From Candidatus Magasanikiibacteriota bacterium (GTDB lineage Bacteria; Patescibacteriota; Patescibacteriia; Magasanikbacterales; GWA2-37-8): a DNA stretch of 64,000 nucleotides. Shown in pieces: positions 28,599-37,954 of the stretch. A program made the translations under genes and the position numbers. The stretch spans positions 3,474 to 67,473 of the forward strand of contig JBAYGI010000006.1 in assembly GCA_041666745.1 (NCBI GenBank), written 5' to 3'. The notes under the pieces were generated by a model. That model was not told the DNA's origin. It ran no database searches and saw only the letters and a program-made list of their open reading frames with translations. Every line of letters starts with the position of its first letter. The first letter of the stretch is position 1.

Positions 28599-28950
28599 CA
28601 AATCACCCTCGCACAGCACTCTTTCGATTTGATTGCTGATGGGGTGATTTTTGTTTAAATTGATTAACATAATAGTAACAAAAATACCCCGACAAAAGTT
28701 GAGGTATTTTTTCATGCTTGCCTTCGGCTTTACATTTAGCCGAATAGGGCTGACGCCCCACAAGCACGGTGTTATGATAGCACGAGAATTAGTAAAAGTC
28801 AATTAGTTATACACAAGATGCAGGTAATATGGACGTTTTTGACACGTTTTATCCATACTTAAAACTTATAATGATTTAGTAATACATTTTAAGTATACTT
28901 AAAATTGGTTTTGATTAATGCATCAAGTCCTCCTGCAAATGTTTAAATTT

Positions 28951-29010
28951 TGTGAGTGATCTAAACGCTTAAATTAAAAAACATCGAAATTAAATTCGGT
29001 GTTTTTTTGT
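28951..29010 (+). repeat. R4 direct repeat copy 2
   Basis: See copy 1. Confidence 0.7.
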
Positions 29011-29175
29011 TTCCAATTCACCTTTACACAAAACTCGGGCGGTTTTTTCTGCCTCTAGGCAGAAAGAGGCGCATGTACAGTATGTTGCCATAAAACTAGC
29101 AACATGATATATTATGTTTAGCTACAAAAATTAAATTTTTGAGCACAAATGTGCTATATTAACTAAAATTAAAAT

Positions 29176-30078
29176 ATGACGGAAAAACCCTTTCCCCAAA
29201 CTATGGCGAAACCAACACAAGAAACGGAGCCACAACCAGCCGATGTGGACAGACGAGAAGCCGAGATGACCACACTAAGAGAAGCAGTGACCACACTAAG
29301 AGAAGCAGTGGCCACACTACAAGCCAAGATGGCCGCACAACAAGCCAAGATGGCCGCACTAAAAGAAGCAATGGCCACACTGCAAGCCACTGTGGCATCT
29401 TATAGCGAGACCAGGCGCACATCAGAAGTTGTTTCCAAAGCCGAGTTTAACGAGGCAGCCAGAACAATAGAAAAAACATTACTAAAAATAAAAGAAATAA
29501 CCGAGGCATTCAGTACTTGGGCCGACGAATGTGCCGAAATTGCCAAAGAGATATCACATACTACTAACGATGGCTATCTGAAGCTGGTCGATGCATCTGA
29601 TGTGCCCAATGTGGCAAGAGATATTATTACCTGTGCAGAAGAACATTTAAAACGCCTGCATGCAACAATACAAGATGTCTTACAAGACCCGGGCACACCT
29701 TTGAGTTTGGGGTTAATAAACAAATTTCACCCGGATAATTGGTCACCAGAATTATGGCAAAACTTACAGAGTTCTCTTATTCGTTTATTCCTTCACAAAG
29801 TAATGACCGTTAAAAAAGAGGTGTTGATGGCACAAGCTAACAAACTTGGCCTTATTCAAAAAAGCGTACACTTGAACGGTTTAGAAAAGTGGTTTGGATG
29901 CCTAGACAAGTTGAGAGCTAGTGAAGTAAACAAAAAAGACTTTATACCTATATGGCGAGAACGTTTTGCTGGAATGGGAGTGTCGGACGGCCTATATGCC
30001 ACCGGCTTTGACGTTGAAATAGCAACTGGAGACACAGTTGCTTACCGATCACCTCCAACGATAAAAATCAGTGGATAG
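29176..30078 (+). CDS. hypothetical protein with a GC-rich tandem-repeat coiled-coil N-terminus (island F)
   Basis: 21-nt and 18-nt DNA tandem repeats encode TTLREAV x2 and AKMAA x2. GC falls from about 57% to about 40% along the gene. Confidence 0.45.
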   Translation: MTEKPFPQTMAKPTQETEPQPADVDRREAEMTTLREAVTTLREAVATLQAKMAAQQAKMAALKEAMATLQATVASYSETRRTSEVVSKAEFNEAARTIEKTLLKIKEITEAFSTWADECAEIAKEISHTTNDGYLKLVDASDVPNVARDIITCAEEHLKRLHATIQDVLQDPGTPLSLGLINKFHPDNWSPELWQNLQSSLIRLFLHKVMTVKKEVLMAQANKLGLIQKSVHLNGLEKWFGCLDKLRASEVNKKDFIPIWRERFAGMGVSDGLYATGFDVEIATGDTVAYRSPPTIKISG

Positions 30079-30107
30079 TAAATCAAAATTTACTTCCTGC
30101 CAATTCA

Positions 30108-30183
30108 ACGCCCGTTTTTTTGCCACATCACGCAATCACGGGCGTTTTTTATTGACATTTTTTCTTATTTACGCTACACTTTA
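30108..30183 (+). promoter_or_regulatory. terminator hairpin then TTGACA-17-TACACT promoter for tig
   Basis: aacgcccgt...acgggcgtttttt followed by a consensus -35. Confidence 0.45.
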
Positions 30184-30207
30184 CCCATTATTTACTATAT
30201 TTCATCT

Positions 30208-31488
30208 ATGCAACACACCCTCAAACAACTCCCGAAATCCCAAGTGGAGTTGATCATCACCGTAACTTTGGAGGACTACAAAAAGGATATGGAAACCGCC
30301 GCCCTGCGCATTTCCCAGCGCGCCGCTATCCATGGTTTTCGTCCAGGCAAAGCTCCGTATGATATTGTCAAACAAAATGTTGGTGAAATAAAAATTTTGG
30401 AAGAAGCGATGCAGACCATTGTTGAAAAAAATTATCACTCTGCTGTGGTAGCGGAAAAATTGGAAACCATCGGCATGCCGGAAATTACCATTGAAAAAAT
30501 GGCTCCGGGAAATGATTTTGTTTTCAAGGCCGTGGCTGCGCTTTTGCCAACTGTAAAACTCGGCGACACAGAAAAAATTAAAGTAGAAAAAAAAGAAATC
30601 AAAGTGGAAGATAAACAAATTGATGAAGTAATAGAAAATTTAAAAAAGATGCAAGGCAAAGAGGTGGTAAAAGAAGGCGTCGCCACCAAAGAAGATAAAG
30701 TAGAAGTGGCGATGAATATGTCTATCAACAAAGTTCCGGTGGAAGGCGGACAAGCTCCAAAACACCAGGTGTATTTAAGCGAGCCACATTACATTCCGGG
30801 CTTTGCCGAACAATTGGTCGGCTTGAAAAAAGACGACACCAAAGAATTTTCTTTACGTTTTCCTGACGAACATTACCAAAAACATTTGGCCGGTAAAGAT
30901 GTAGATATTTCCATCAAAGTGAATGATGTATATTCCATTGAGTATCCGGAAATAAGCGACGAGCTCGCTCAAAAACTTGGTCAAAAAAGCGTAGAGGGTT
31001 TGAAAGAAATTTTGATGACCAATTTAAAACAAGAAGCACAAAACAAAGAGGACCAGCGTATTGAGGCTGAATTGTTAGAAAAAGTGATTTTGGCTAGTGA
31101 GTTTAGTGAGGTGCCTGATGTTTTGATCAAATCAGAAAAACAAAAAATGTTTTATGAATTAAAAAACAGTTTACAGGATCAAGGTATTGAGTTTGAGAAA
31201 TATCTAAAGGATCTCAAAAAAACCGAGGAGGAAATTGCCGAAGATTTTGCGGAGCGTGCGCTCACTCGAGTTAAAGCCGCCTTAATATCTAGACAAATCG
31301 CCAAAGAAAATGATATTAAAGTGGAAAAGGAAGAATTGGACAAAGAAATTGAGGTAATAAAAATTACCTACAAAAATGATCCAAAGGTGGATGAAGCACT
31401 AAAGCGCCAAGAGGTGCTGGACACCTTGGCCGCCACTATTCAAAACAAAAAAGTGGTGCAGTGGTTGAAAGAAAAGATTTTGAAATAA
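30208..31488 (+). CDS. tig: trigger factor
   Basis: MQHTLKQLPKSQVELIITV... with a PPIase domain GFRPGKAP. Confidence 0.9.
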   Translation: MQHTLKQLPKSQVELIITVTLEDYKKDMETAALRISQRAAIHGFRPGKAPYDIVKQNVGEIKILEEAMQTIVEKNYHSAVVAEKLETIGMPEITIEKMAPGNDFVFKAVAALLPTVKLGDTEKIKVEKKEIKVEDKQIDEVIENLKKMQGKEVVKEGVATKEDKVEVAMNMSINKVPVEGGQAPKHQVYLSEPHYIPGFAEQLVGLKKDDTKEFSLRFPDEHYQKHLAGKDVDISIKVNDVYSIEYPEISDELAQKLGQKSVEGLKEILMTNLKQEAQNKEDQRIEAELLEKVILASEFSEVPDVLIKSEKQKMFYELKNSLQDQGIEFEKYLKDLKKTEEEIAEDFAERALTRVKAALISRQIAKENDIKVEKEELDKEIEVIKITYKNDPKVDEALKRQEVLDTLAATIQNKKVVQWLKEKILK

Positions 31489-31490
31489 AT

Positions 31491-32588
31491 TTATATTAAT
31501 TCGTTTTCAAGGACAATCTCACCATGCATATCTTCAATCATTTTTTGTTTTATATCCTCGTATTTGATTTTCTGCGCCAACAACCATGCTAATTTCACAG
31601 TCATGGATTCAATGCTCATATCATAAGCTGGAATCGCCAAATCGTGTTCTCTTAAATATTGTCCCGTTTCATTTACTTGAAAATTCGAAACACCACTTGG
31701 TGCTTGAGTAGTAACGACTATTGGAATTTTCTTTTTCTTTAAATATTCAAAAGCCGAAAACAAATGACTGCTAGGATCTCCAGCGCCAAAAGCTCTAAAA
31801 ATAAATGCTTTAATATTATTATTTTCCACCAATGTTTTAAAGATATCAGCTGACATGCCTGGAAACTCAGTTAGTGAAGCTATACTTTTTGTATTAAAAT
31901 ATTTCTTAATACTTAATACCCTTGATTGAATCGCCAGTGGTTTATGCTTGGATAAATATGCGATATGTTTTTTCATTGACGCCTCATCTATTCTCATAAA
32001 CCTTCCGATATTACCCAAAGCGCCGGTTTGAAAAGCCTTAAAAGGATCGTAATCAAAATCTGTGCCTTTTTTCACTCTTGACCCAGTGATAATCTTACTG
32101 CCAAAAACAGCCATCACCCCTTTGATTTCATGATAGCCCCAAACGGCCATTCTTAGGGAATTAACCAGGTTGGTTACGGAATCGGTACCAAGATATCCTA
32201 AGGGTACTTGGGCACCGGTAAGTATGACCGGCTTGTTGATATTTTCTAATGCAAAGGTTAGCGCCGCGGCGGTATATCCCATTGTGTTGGTCCCGTGCAG
32301 AATAATAAACGCATCAAAGTCATCATATTTAGTTTGGATTTCTTCGACTATCTGCGTCCAATTTTCTGGCTGCATGTTTGAGCTATCAATATTAAGCAAT
32401 TCAGAAATAGACGGATCAATTTCAATATGCCAATTTTTTTTAACAATATCTACTGAATTTTCCAATATAGCCATAAAGCTATTTGGATCAGACTTTATGT
32501 TCTGTGAAATTTTACTCTTAGCAACATTGCCAGCTACAGTGCCGCCGGTAAAAATAACTAGTATTCTTTTTTTAGTATATGTGGCCAT
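31491..32588 (-). CDS. L-asparaginase type I / GatD-like amidohydrolase
   Basis: VIFTGGTVAG and HGTNTMGYTA motifs. Confidence 0.7.
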   Translation of the reverse strand: MATYTKKRILVIFTGGTVAGNVAKSKISQNIKSDPNSFMAILENSVDIVKKNWHIEIDPSISELLNIDSSNMQPENWTQIVEEIQTKYDDFDAFIILHGTNTMGYTAAALTFALENINKPVILTGAQVPLGYLGTDSVTNLVNSLRMAVWGYHEIKGVMAVFGSKIITGSRVKKGTDFDYDPFKAFQTGALGNIGRFMRIDEASMKKHIAYLSKHKPLAIQSRVLSIKKYFNTKSIASLTEFPGMSADIFKTLVENNNIKAFIFRAFGAGDPSSHLFSAFEYLKKKKIPIVVTTQAPSGVSNFQVNETGQYLREHDLAIPAYDMSIESMTVKLAWLLAQKIKYEDIKQKMIEDMHGEIVLENELI

Positions 32589-32621
32589 ATTTATGTTTAG
32601 AATATTAAATTAAAGATTAAA

Positions 32622-33050
32622 TTATCTATTTAAATATGTAATAGTCAATTGCAAAACCGTAGCAAAAGAAACCCAAAGCAAATATGGAATTTGCATGTAC
32701 GCCACCCAGCGCGCATGCGGATAAATCGCCACAATCGCCCAAACCAAAGTCCCCAAAACCAGCAGAATATCCACCCCCGCCAACAAATTATTTTTTAAAG
32801 TAAACTGAATTGGGGTAAACGCAAAATTAAAAATAAGATTCAAAATAAAAGGCAACAGAATTATAAACGGAATTTCTTTTTTTAAAAACATTACTAAAAC
32901 CTTGCCAAAAGACACGGCGATCAAAACATACAATACCGACCACACTGGGCCAAATAACCAAGACGGTGGCGACCAAGTGGGTTTAATAAGAGTCGAATAC
33001 CAATTATATGCTTTGGACATAATTATCGGGGTTAAATTAAAAATTAACAA
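32622..33050 (-). CDS. tspO: TspO/MBR tryptophan-rich sensory protein
   Basis: WYSTLIKPTWSPPSWLFGPVW. Confidence 0.8.
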   Translation of the reverse strand: MLIFNLTPIIMSKAYNWYSTLIKPTWSPPSWLFGPVWSVLYVLIAVSFGKVLVMFLKKEIPFIILLPFILNLIFNFAFTPIQFTLKNNLLAGVDILLVLGTLVWAIVAIYPHARWVAYMQIPYLLWVSFATVLQLTITYLNR

Positions 33051-33066
33051 CTATTAAATATACAAT

Positions 33067-33297
33067 TTATTTTATATGAGTACCTACCAACAACAATTCA
33101 CCATCTTCATTACGAGGGGAATTTTTTATTAATGTTTCAAACTCTTTGTCGGTCAAACAACCCAAAAATTCGATATGTCTCCTACCTTCTTCACCCCACC
33201 CAGGCAGGTCTTCCTCTGGGACATATTCGCTGTACATAGTGTGCCAATAACGATTCTTTGGTTTTTCACTTTCCGGTATTGATATTACTTCAGGCAT
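33067..33297 (-). CDS. hypothetical protein
   Basis: 76-aa ORF in an operon-like array. Confidence 0.3.
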   Translation of the reverse strand: MPEVISIPESEKPKNRYWHTMYSEYVPEEDLPGWGEEGRRHIEFLGCLTDKEFETLIKNSPRNEDGELLLVGTHIK

Positions 33298-33331
33298 ATT
33301 ATTTAATTAAAAATAAATTTATATTTAACAA

Positions 33332-33589
33332 TTAATCTTTTTTATAAACCCACCTTTGTATAAATAACACCAACCACAAAGTACTCGTAACCATTCCAAT
33401 TACCGCCGACAAATACAAACCCAATGTAAAATAAGCAAAACAAATCACATACAAACCAAGAAAGGTAGGAACAGAAGTCATAAAAGCAATCGGCCCTTTC
33501 TTTTCTTTAAAACCATAATAAACCTGTGGAACAAGCGCGAGAGATAATACTACACTGACTATCATTATTACAATATCTTGCCACAACAT
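33332..33589 (-). CDS. small membrane protein
   Basis: Two TM helices. Confidence 0.3.
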   Translation of the reverse strand: MLWQDIVIMIVSVVLSLALVPQVYYGFKEKKGPIAFMTSVPTFLGLYVICFAYFTLGLYLSAVIGMVTSTLWLVLFIQRWVYKKD

Positions 33590-33598
33590 AATATATTT

Positions 33599-34027
33599 TT
33601 ATTTTATTTTATGACCAAAAAAATAACAATCTTCTCCATGCCATTGTTGTTTTAATAAAAAGATTTCTTCAAAACCCATTTTCTTGTAAAACCCCTTGGC
33701 TTTATATCTTATCAAACTCCAGCACCAAAGTTTGAACATTTTATCTTGTTTACATTTCTTTTTTGCAAATTCAATCAATACTTTGCCCCCACCTTTCACT
33801 GTAGATCTAATTAAATAAATCTCATAACCCCTATCCTCCTCCCTTAAAATAATAGCCCCTACTATTTTTCCTGATTGCACCGCCACAAAACATTGTTTCT
33901 TTTTAATATACCCTATCATATCTGTCAATTTAGAAAAACAGGCATGCTCCGTGTCTATTACTTTAAATAATTCAGATACTTTCTTACTATCACATTTTTG
34001 TGCCAATTGAATTTCAATAGTAGCCAT
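33599..34027 (-). CDS. GNAT-family N-acetyltransferase (tentative)
   Basis: Size and an acetyl-CoA-binding-like KGGGKVLIEFAKK region. Confidence 0.4.
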   Translation of the reverse strand: MATIEIQLAQKCDSKKVSELFKVIDTEHACFSKLTDMIGYIKKKQCFVAVQSGKIVGAIILREEDRGYEIYLIRSTVKGGGKVLIEFAKKKCKQDKMFKLWCWSLIRYKAKGFYKKMGFEEIFLLKQQWHGEDCYFFGHKIK

Positions 34028-34047
34028 ACTTTAAGTTTTATTATTTT

Positions 34048-34545
34048 TTATAAACCCACCCTATTATCTTCCAACCAATTATTAAATGCCTTATAAAAAT
34101 CTCCATTAATTCTAATATCTTCTAAAACAGCTTGATCGCTTTCACAATGTGATAAATTTATATCTTTTACATATGGATAAATCTCAATTGGTTTCACAGC
34201 TATTTCTGTATTAGATTTTCCATCCCAATGATTTATTTTAAAAATATTTTTTAATCCAATATCCCAAGTGGCATCAAGCACCAACCACTGACTATCCAAA
34301 TAAATTTCTAAAAATAAATGCTCACATTCATCTTGGTGTGGAATATCCAAAATTTCTTTTGGTATATTTTGTTCACTCCATAAAAAAGAACATTTTCGTA
34401 ATCGCACCTGATCCCCTGCTTTGGCCAAATCCTCCAAAAGCTTTCTGTGCTTACCCAAACAATCTATGGCTGCATCATTTAATGTCAGCGGTATTTTGTA
34501 CGGAATATCTCTGATTGTATTAAATATTTCAACTATACCCATCAT
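34048..34545 (-). CDS. hypothetical protein, possible transglutaminase-like Cys/His/Asp fold
   Basis: Weak match: CLGKH ... H ... LDATWD. Confidence 0.3.
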   Translation of the reverse strand: MMGIVEIFNTIRDIPYKIPLTLNDAAIDCLGKHRKLLEDLAKAGDQVRLRKCSFLWSEQNIPKEILDIPHQDECEHLFLEIYLDSQWLVLDATWDIGLKNIFKINHWDGKSNTEIAVKPIEIYPYVKDINLSHCESDQAVLEDIRINGDFYKAFNNWLEDNRVGL

Positions 34546-34549
34546 AATT

Positions 34550-35392
34550 TTATCCTATTATTTTCTTCTTTTTATCTTTCCCCGCCAACAAAAAATTTTG
34601 CCCCGTCACCACGCTTTTTCCTGTTTTTTGTTCCAGCGCAACTCTGGCGTCTTTTGCAATTTTCCCGCCTTTCTTCGCCGGAATTTTATTTTCCTCCAGC
34701 CCTTTTGTTTCCATCGTCTCGGCGATTTGCCGAGTAGAAAGTTCGGCCAAAGCCGTAAAAACCAATTCCGCGTCTGTCATGTGGTCGCGCAAATTCTGCG
34801 TTTTGAGATTTTTCAAACTTTTATGTTCCTTGACCGACAAGTCGCTCCATTCCGCGTGAATAATATTTGTCAAAATCGCAAATTCATCCTGCTCTTTTAC
34901 CTCATTATTTTTCCAATAATCCGTCAATTTATTCCGAATTTCCTGCCCCATCATTCTTTGCTGAATCCACTTATCGCTTCTGCCCATCTTCTGCCAATAC
35001 TCTCTGGAACGATTCAACGCCTTTTCCGGGTCAGTCATTTCTTGCATTCTTTCATAGCCAACTTTCGCGAGCCAGAGTTTGATTGGTTCGGCTTTTTTGG
35101 ATGGAACGGATTGAATAATTCTTAATAAGTGTTCTGGTGTGCCGGCTAAAATTTTCCTATTTTTGCCGGTTTCAGTAGGCATTTCTACCTGGGGACAATT
35201 TGTCCCTATGTAGATAGCAAGACCAGCATCTCTTTTTCTTAATTTTTTCAAATAATCAGTTGGACTAATACTTTCAGTAAGTGCAAAAATAATATCCACC
35301 ACTGAAAAATACCACACCTCTTTATCTTCATCATAAACCCGACGAATTTTAAACCCCTCAAAAATTGCTAACGCCCCCCGTTTGTTTTGCAT
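34550..35392 (-). CDS. Bro-N domain protein (phage antirepressor/DinD-like)
   Basis: FEGFKIRRVYDEDKEVWYFSVVDIIFAL matches the Bro-N pattern. Confidence 0.5.
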   Translation of the reverse strand: MQNKRGALAIFEGFKIRRVYDEDKEVWYFSVVDIIFALTESISPTDYLKKLRKRDAGLAIYIGTNCPQVEMPTETGKNRKILAGTPEHLLRIIQSVPSKKAEPIKLWLAKVGYERMQEMTDPEKALNRSREYWQKMGRSDKWIQQRMMGQEIRNKLTDYWKNNEVKEQDEFAILTNIIHAEWSDLSVKEHKSLKNLKTQNLRDHMTDAELVFTALAELSTRQIAETMETKGLEENKIPAKKGGKIAKDARVALEQKTGKSVVTGQNFLLAGKDKKKKIIG

Positions 35393-35412
35393 ATTTTTTA
35401 TCTTAATATTTA

Positions 35413-36378
35413 TTATAATTTAATAATCGCAATCTTCACGCGATCTATATATTCCTGAATTGCGCTTGGCCTTTTGTCTATCGCCCAGCGAAGTGTATCT
35501 ATTTCGTTTAAAAGATCTAAAATTTTCAAATCTAAATCCATCTGTTCAAATTGTTCCTGTGAAATTCCATACCCATCCAAAAATGCTTTTAATGTTTCTT
35601 CGTTTGGTTTACTTGCCCGTAAAATTTCATTGAGTTCATAATGCGGAACAATTTCTGCACGAGCAGATCCCCAATCCAATAAATATACTTCTCCATCTTT
35701 ACCGATCATTGAATTTCTAAGCGCCATATCTGAATGACACAGCCCAAAAATAAACTTTTTATCACACAAGGACTGAAAAAGTTGTTTTATTTTTTTTGAC
35801 AACTGCTTGTCCAACACTTCCATTTGAAGTAATATGTCATCTTCATTTAAGCTTTTTATATTATACTGGATATGTTTTTCCCATGAGCCATCAAAAACCC
35901 CATCGCCCACCAAATTTTCTCCCCAACCAACAACTGGCACAGAATTTATTCTTTTCGTATATTTACCAAGTTTATTCCAAACCTTCAACTTTTCTTCTTC
36001 AGAAAATGTTGAAGAATCATCCAAAAGAGCAACGGGCGAACCGTCTATGTATGATTCAATCAAAAAAGCTCTGCCATTATGTTGCCCAAGTTTTAATACT
36101 TTTGGCGATGGAATATCTAATTCGTGTGCTTTTGTGAGACACCAGCTTTCTTTTTTGTAATCCGAAAAGGCCTTATACTCAAAATCCGGTTTACTAAGTT
36201 TTATTACAATTTTAGATTCACCATCAACCAAATAATTAACATTATTACTTCCTTCGCCGAGTGGCTTTATTGTAAAGGTGCTTTTTTTACCGAAAAAAAT
36301 ACGGGCTATTTGGTCAACTGCTTCAAAATCATTGTTTGTATTTGTCATAATCGAGTTATTATTTTCAACCGGCCACAC
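35413..36378 (-). CDS. APH/choline-kinase-like phosphotransferase
   Basis: Brenner motif HSDMALRNSMI and DWGSA. Confidence 0.6.
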   Translation of the reverse strand: MWPVENNNSIMTNTNNDFEAVDQIARIFFGKKSTFTIKPLGEGSNNVNYLVDGESKIVIKLSKPDFEYKAFSDYKKESWCLTKAHELDIPSPKVLKLGQHNGRAFLIESYIDGSPVALLDDSSTFSEEEKLKVWNKLGKYTKRINSVPVVGWGENLVGDGVFDGSWEKHIQYNIKSLNEDDILLQMEVLDKQLSKKIKQLFQSLCDKKFIFGLCHSDMALRNSMIGKDGEVYLLDWGSARAEIVPHYELNEILRASKPNEETLKAFLDGYGISQEQFEQMDLDLKILDLLNEIDTLRWAIDKRPSAIQEYIDRVKIAIIKL

Positions 36379-36528
36379 TTTGTGACCAGTTCATTTTCTA
36401 ATGAATTTTCAGTTGTCCGATTTTTTCGGATAACTCACCCGCCTTTTTGTTTTTTCCCCAAAACCGTGATAAAATAACATTGTAAAGGTATTTTATCCTT
36501 TTTTCCTCATCTTGTAAACCATAAATAT

Positions 36529-37365
36529 ATGCTTTTTGGCGCTCATGTTTCTATCGCCGGCGGGGTGGTCAACGCCCCAAAAAACGCCTCGAACATTGGT
36601 TGTGAATGTTTCCAAATGTTCACCCGTTCACCACAAGGCGGTAGCGTACCACCACTTAATGAAAAAATTGCCACGGAATTCAAGGCGCAATGTAAAAAAT
36701 ACAACCAAAAACAATGGGTGGTACACACACCATATTTTATAAACTTCGCCTCGGCCAACAACCGTATTTATTACGGCTCCATCTCCACCGTCCGCACCGA
36801 GCTGGAACGCGCCTCTCTACTTGGAGCAACATATTTGATGACCCACTTGGGTAGCTACAAAGACCTAGGGCACGACAAAGGACTCGCGCAGGTAGCAGAA
36901 GGGCTTGGTGAAATGTTAAAGGGCTACAAAGGCACCACACAGTTTCTAATAGAAATATCCGCCGGCAGTGGAGAAATAATTGGCGACACTTTTGAAGAAA
37001 TCGCTGAAATTATCCACCACAAAAAACTAAAAAAATACAACATCGGCGTTTGCTACGACACCCAACACGGTTTTGCCAGTGGCTATGATATCCGCACCAA
37101 AGAATCCATAGATAATGTATTAAAACAATTTGACAATACCATCGGCCTAGAAAAACTAAAAATATCCCATTGTAACGACAGTCAAACCGATCTCGGTTCC
37201 CACAAAGACCGCCATGAACACATCGGCGAAGGAAAAATCGGCTTAGCGGGGTTTCGATCACTATTGACCAATAAAAAACTAAAAGACATCAATTTTTATC
37301 TAGAAACCGACCACGACAAAGTCCGCGAAGATCTAAAAATACTGAAAAGTATATGTCAAAAATAA
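36529..37365 (+). CDS. nfo: endonuclease IV (AP endonuclease family 2)
   Basis: MLFGAHVSIAGG... and metal-binding His/Glu/Asp pattern. Confidence 0.85.
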   Translation: MLFGAHVSIAGGVVNAPKNASNIGCECFQMFTRSPQGGSVPPLNEKIATEFKAQCKKYNQKQWVVHTPYFINFASANNRIYYGSISTVRTELERASLLGATYLMTHLGSYKDLGHDKGLAQVAEGLGEMLKGYKGTTQFLIEISAGSGEIIGDTFEEIAEIIHHKKLKKYNIGVCYDTQHGFASGYDIRTKESIDNVLKQFDNTIGLEKLKISHCNDSQTDLGSHKDRHEHIGEGKIGLAGFRSLLTNKKLKDINFYLETDHDKVREDLKILKSICQK

Positions 37366-37580
37366 AACTCCGCGTCCTCCCAAGATCCTCCAAAAACGAA
37401 GTCACCGGTAAAATGTCCGACGGCACCCTAAAAGTAAAACTAACCACCGCCCCAGTCGACGGCAAAGCCAACGAAGCATTAATAAAATTGCTATCGAATT
37501 ATTTTGATAAACCAAAAAGCAAAATAAAAATCGTCACCGGCATGACGAGTAAAAACAAAACAATAGAAATTTTAGATTAA
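37353..37580 (+). CDS. DUF167/YggU family protein
   Basis: LKVKLTTAPVDGKANEALIKLLS. Confidence 0.65.
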   Translation: MSKIKLRVLPRSSKNEVTGKMSDGTLKVKLTTAPVDGKANEALIKLLSNYFDKPKSKIKIVTGMTSKNKTIEILD

Positions 37581-37852
37581 GGCAAATCCACACCACCTTC
37601 ACTCCACGGGTTACACCTCACCACTCTCCACACCGCTTTCAAAACACCGATCACCACTCCGTGTTTTTTGATACTCTGTTTTCCGTACTCACTACAACTC
37701 GGATAAAATCGACAATATCCAAAAGGAAAAAATTTTTTCACCACCCCATGATCCGGAGAAACAGTCTTTTGATAAACCCAAATCAAAAAAACAATCGGCC
37801 ATCCCAAAAAAATAGTTATCTTTTTAATGTAAAGAAGAAGGTTCCTACGCAT
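37577..37852 (-). CDS. yidD: membrane protein insertion efficiency factor
   Basis: CRFYPSCSEY motif. Confidence 0.8.
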   Translation of the reverse strand: MRRNLLLYIKKITIFLGWPIVFLIWVYQKTVSPDHGVVKKFFPFGYCRFYPSCSEYGKQSIKKHGVVIGVLKAVWRVVRCNPWSEGGVDLP

Positions 37853-37854
37853 AA

Positions 37855-37949
37855 TTTAAAAAAATATTATTTCAATTGAGCGGGTTATGAGCCCGAGGCT
37901 CATCCTTTTGCCCCCGCGGGCAAAAAAAGCGAAATGAAATAATATTTTT
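37855..37949. repeat. R3 structured element copy 2, inside a 16-bp inverted-repeat terminator stem
   Basis: Core 37877-37932. Flanks aaaaaatattatttca / tgaaataatatttttt. Compensatory C-G to A-T change in the inner hairpin relative to copy 1. Confidence 0.6.
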
Positions 37950-37954
37950 TTAAA

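Noticed and set aside
29169-29422. Minus-strand ORFs 29169-29390 and 29201-29422 with repetitive LLLLV/WPLLLLV translations
   Set aside because: These are antisense translations of the tandem nucleotide repeats in the island F gene. The plus-strand frame has the RBS context and the longer ORF.
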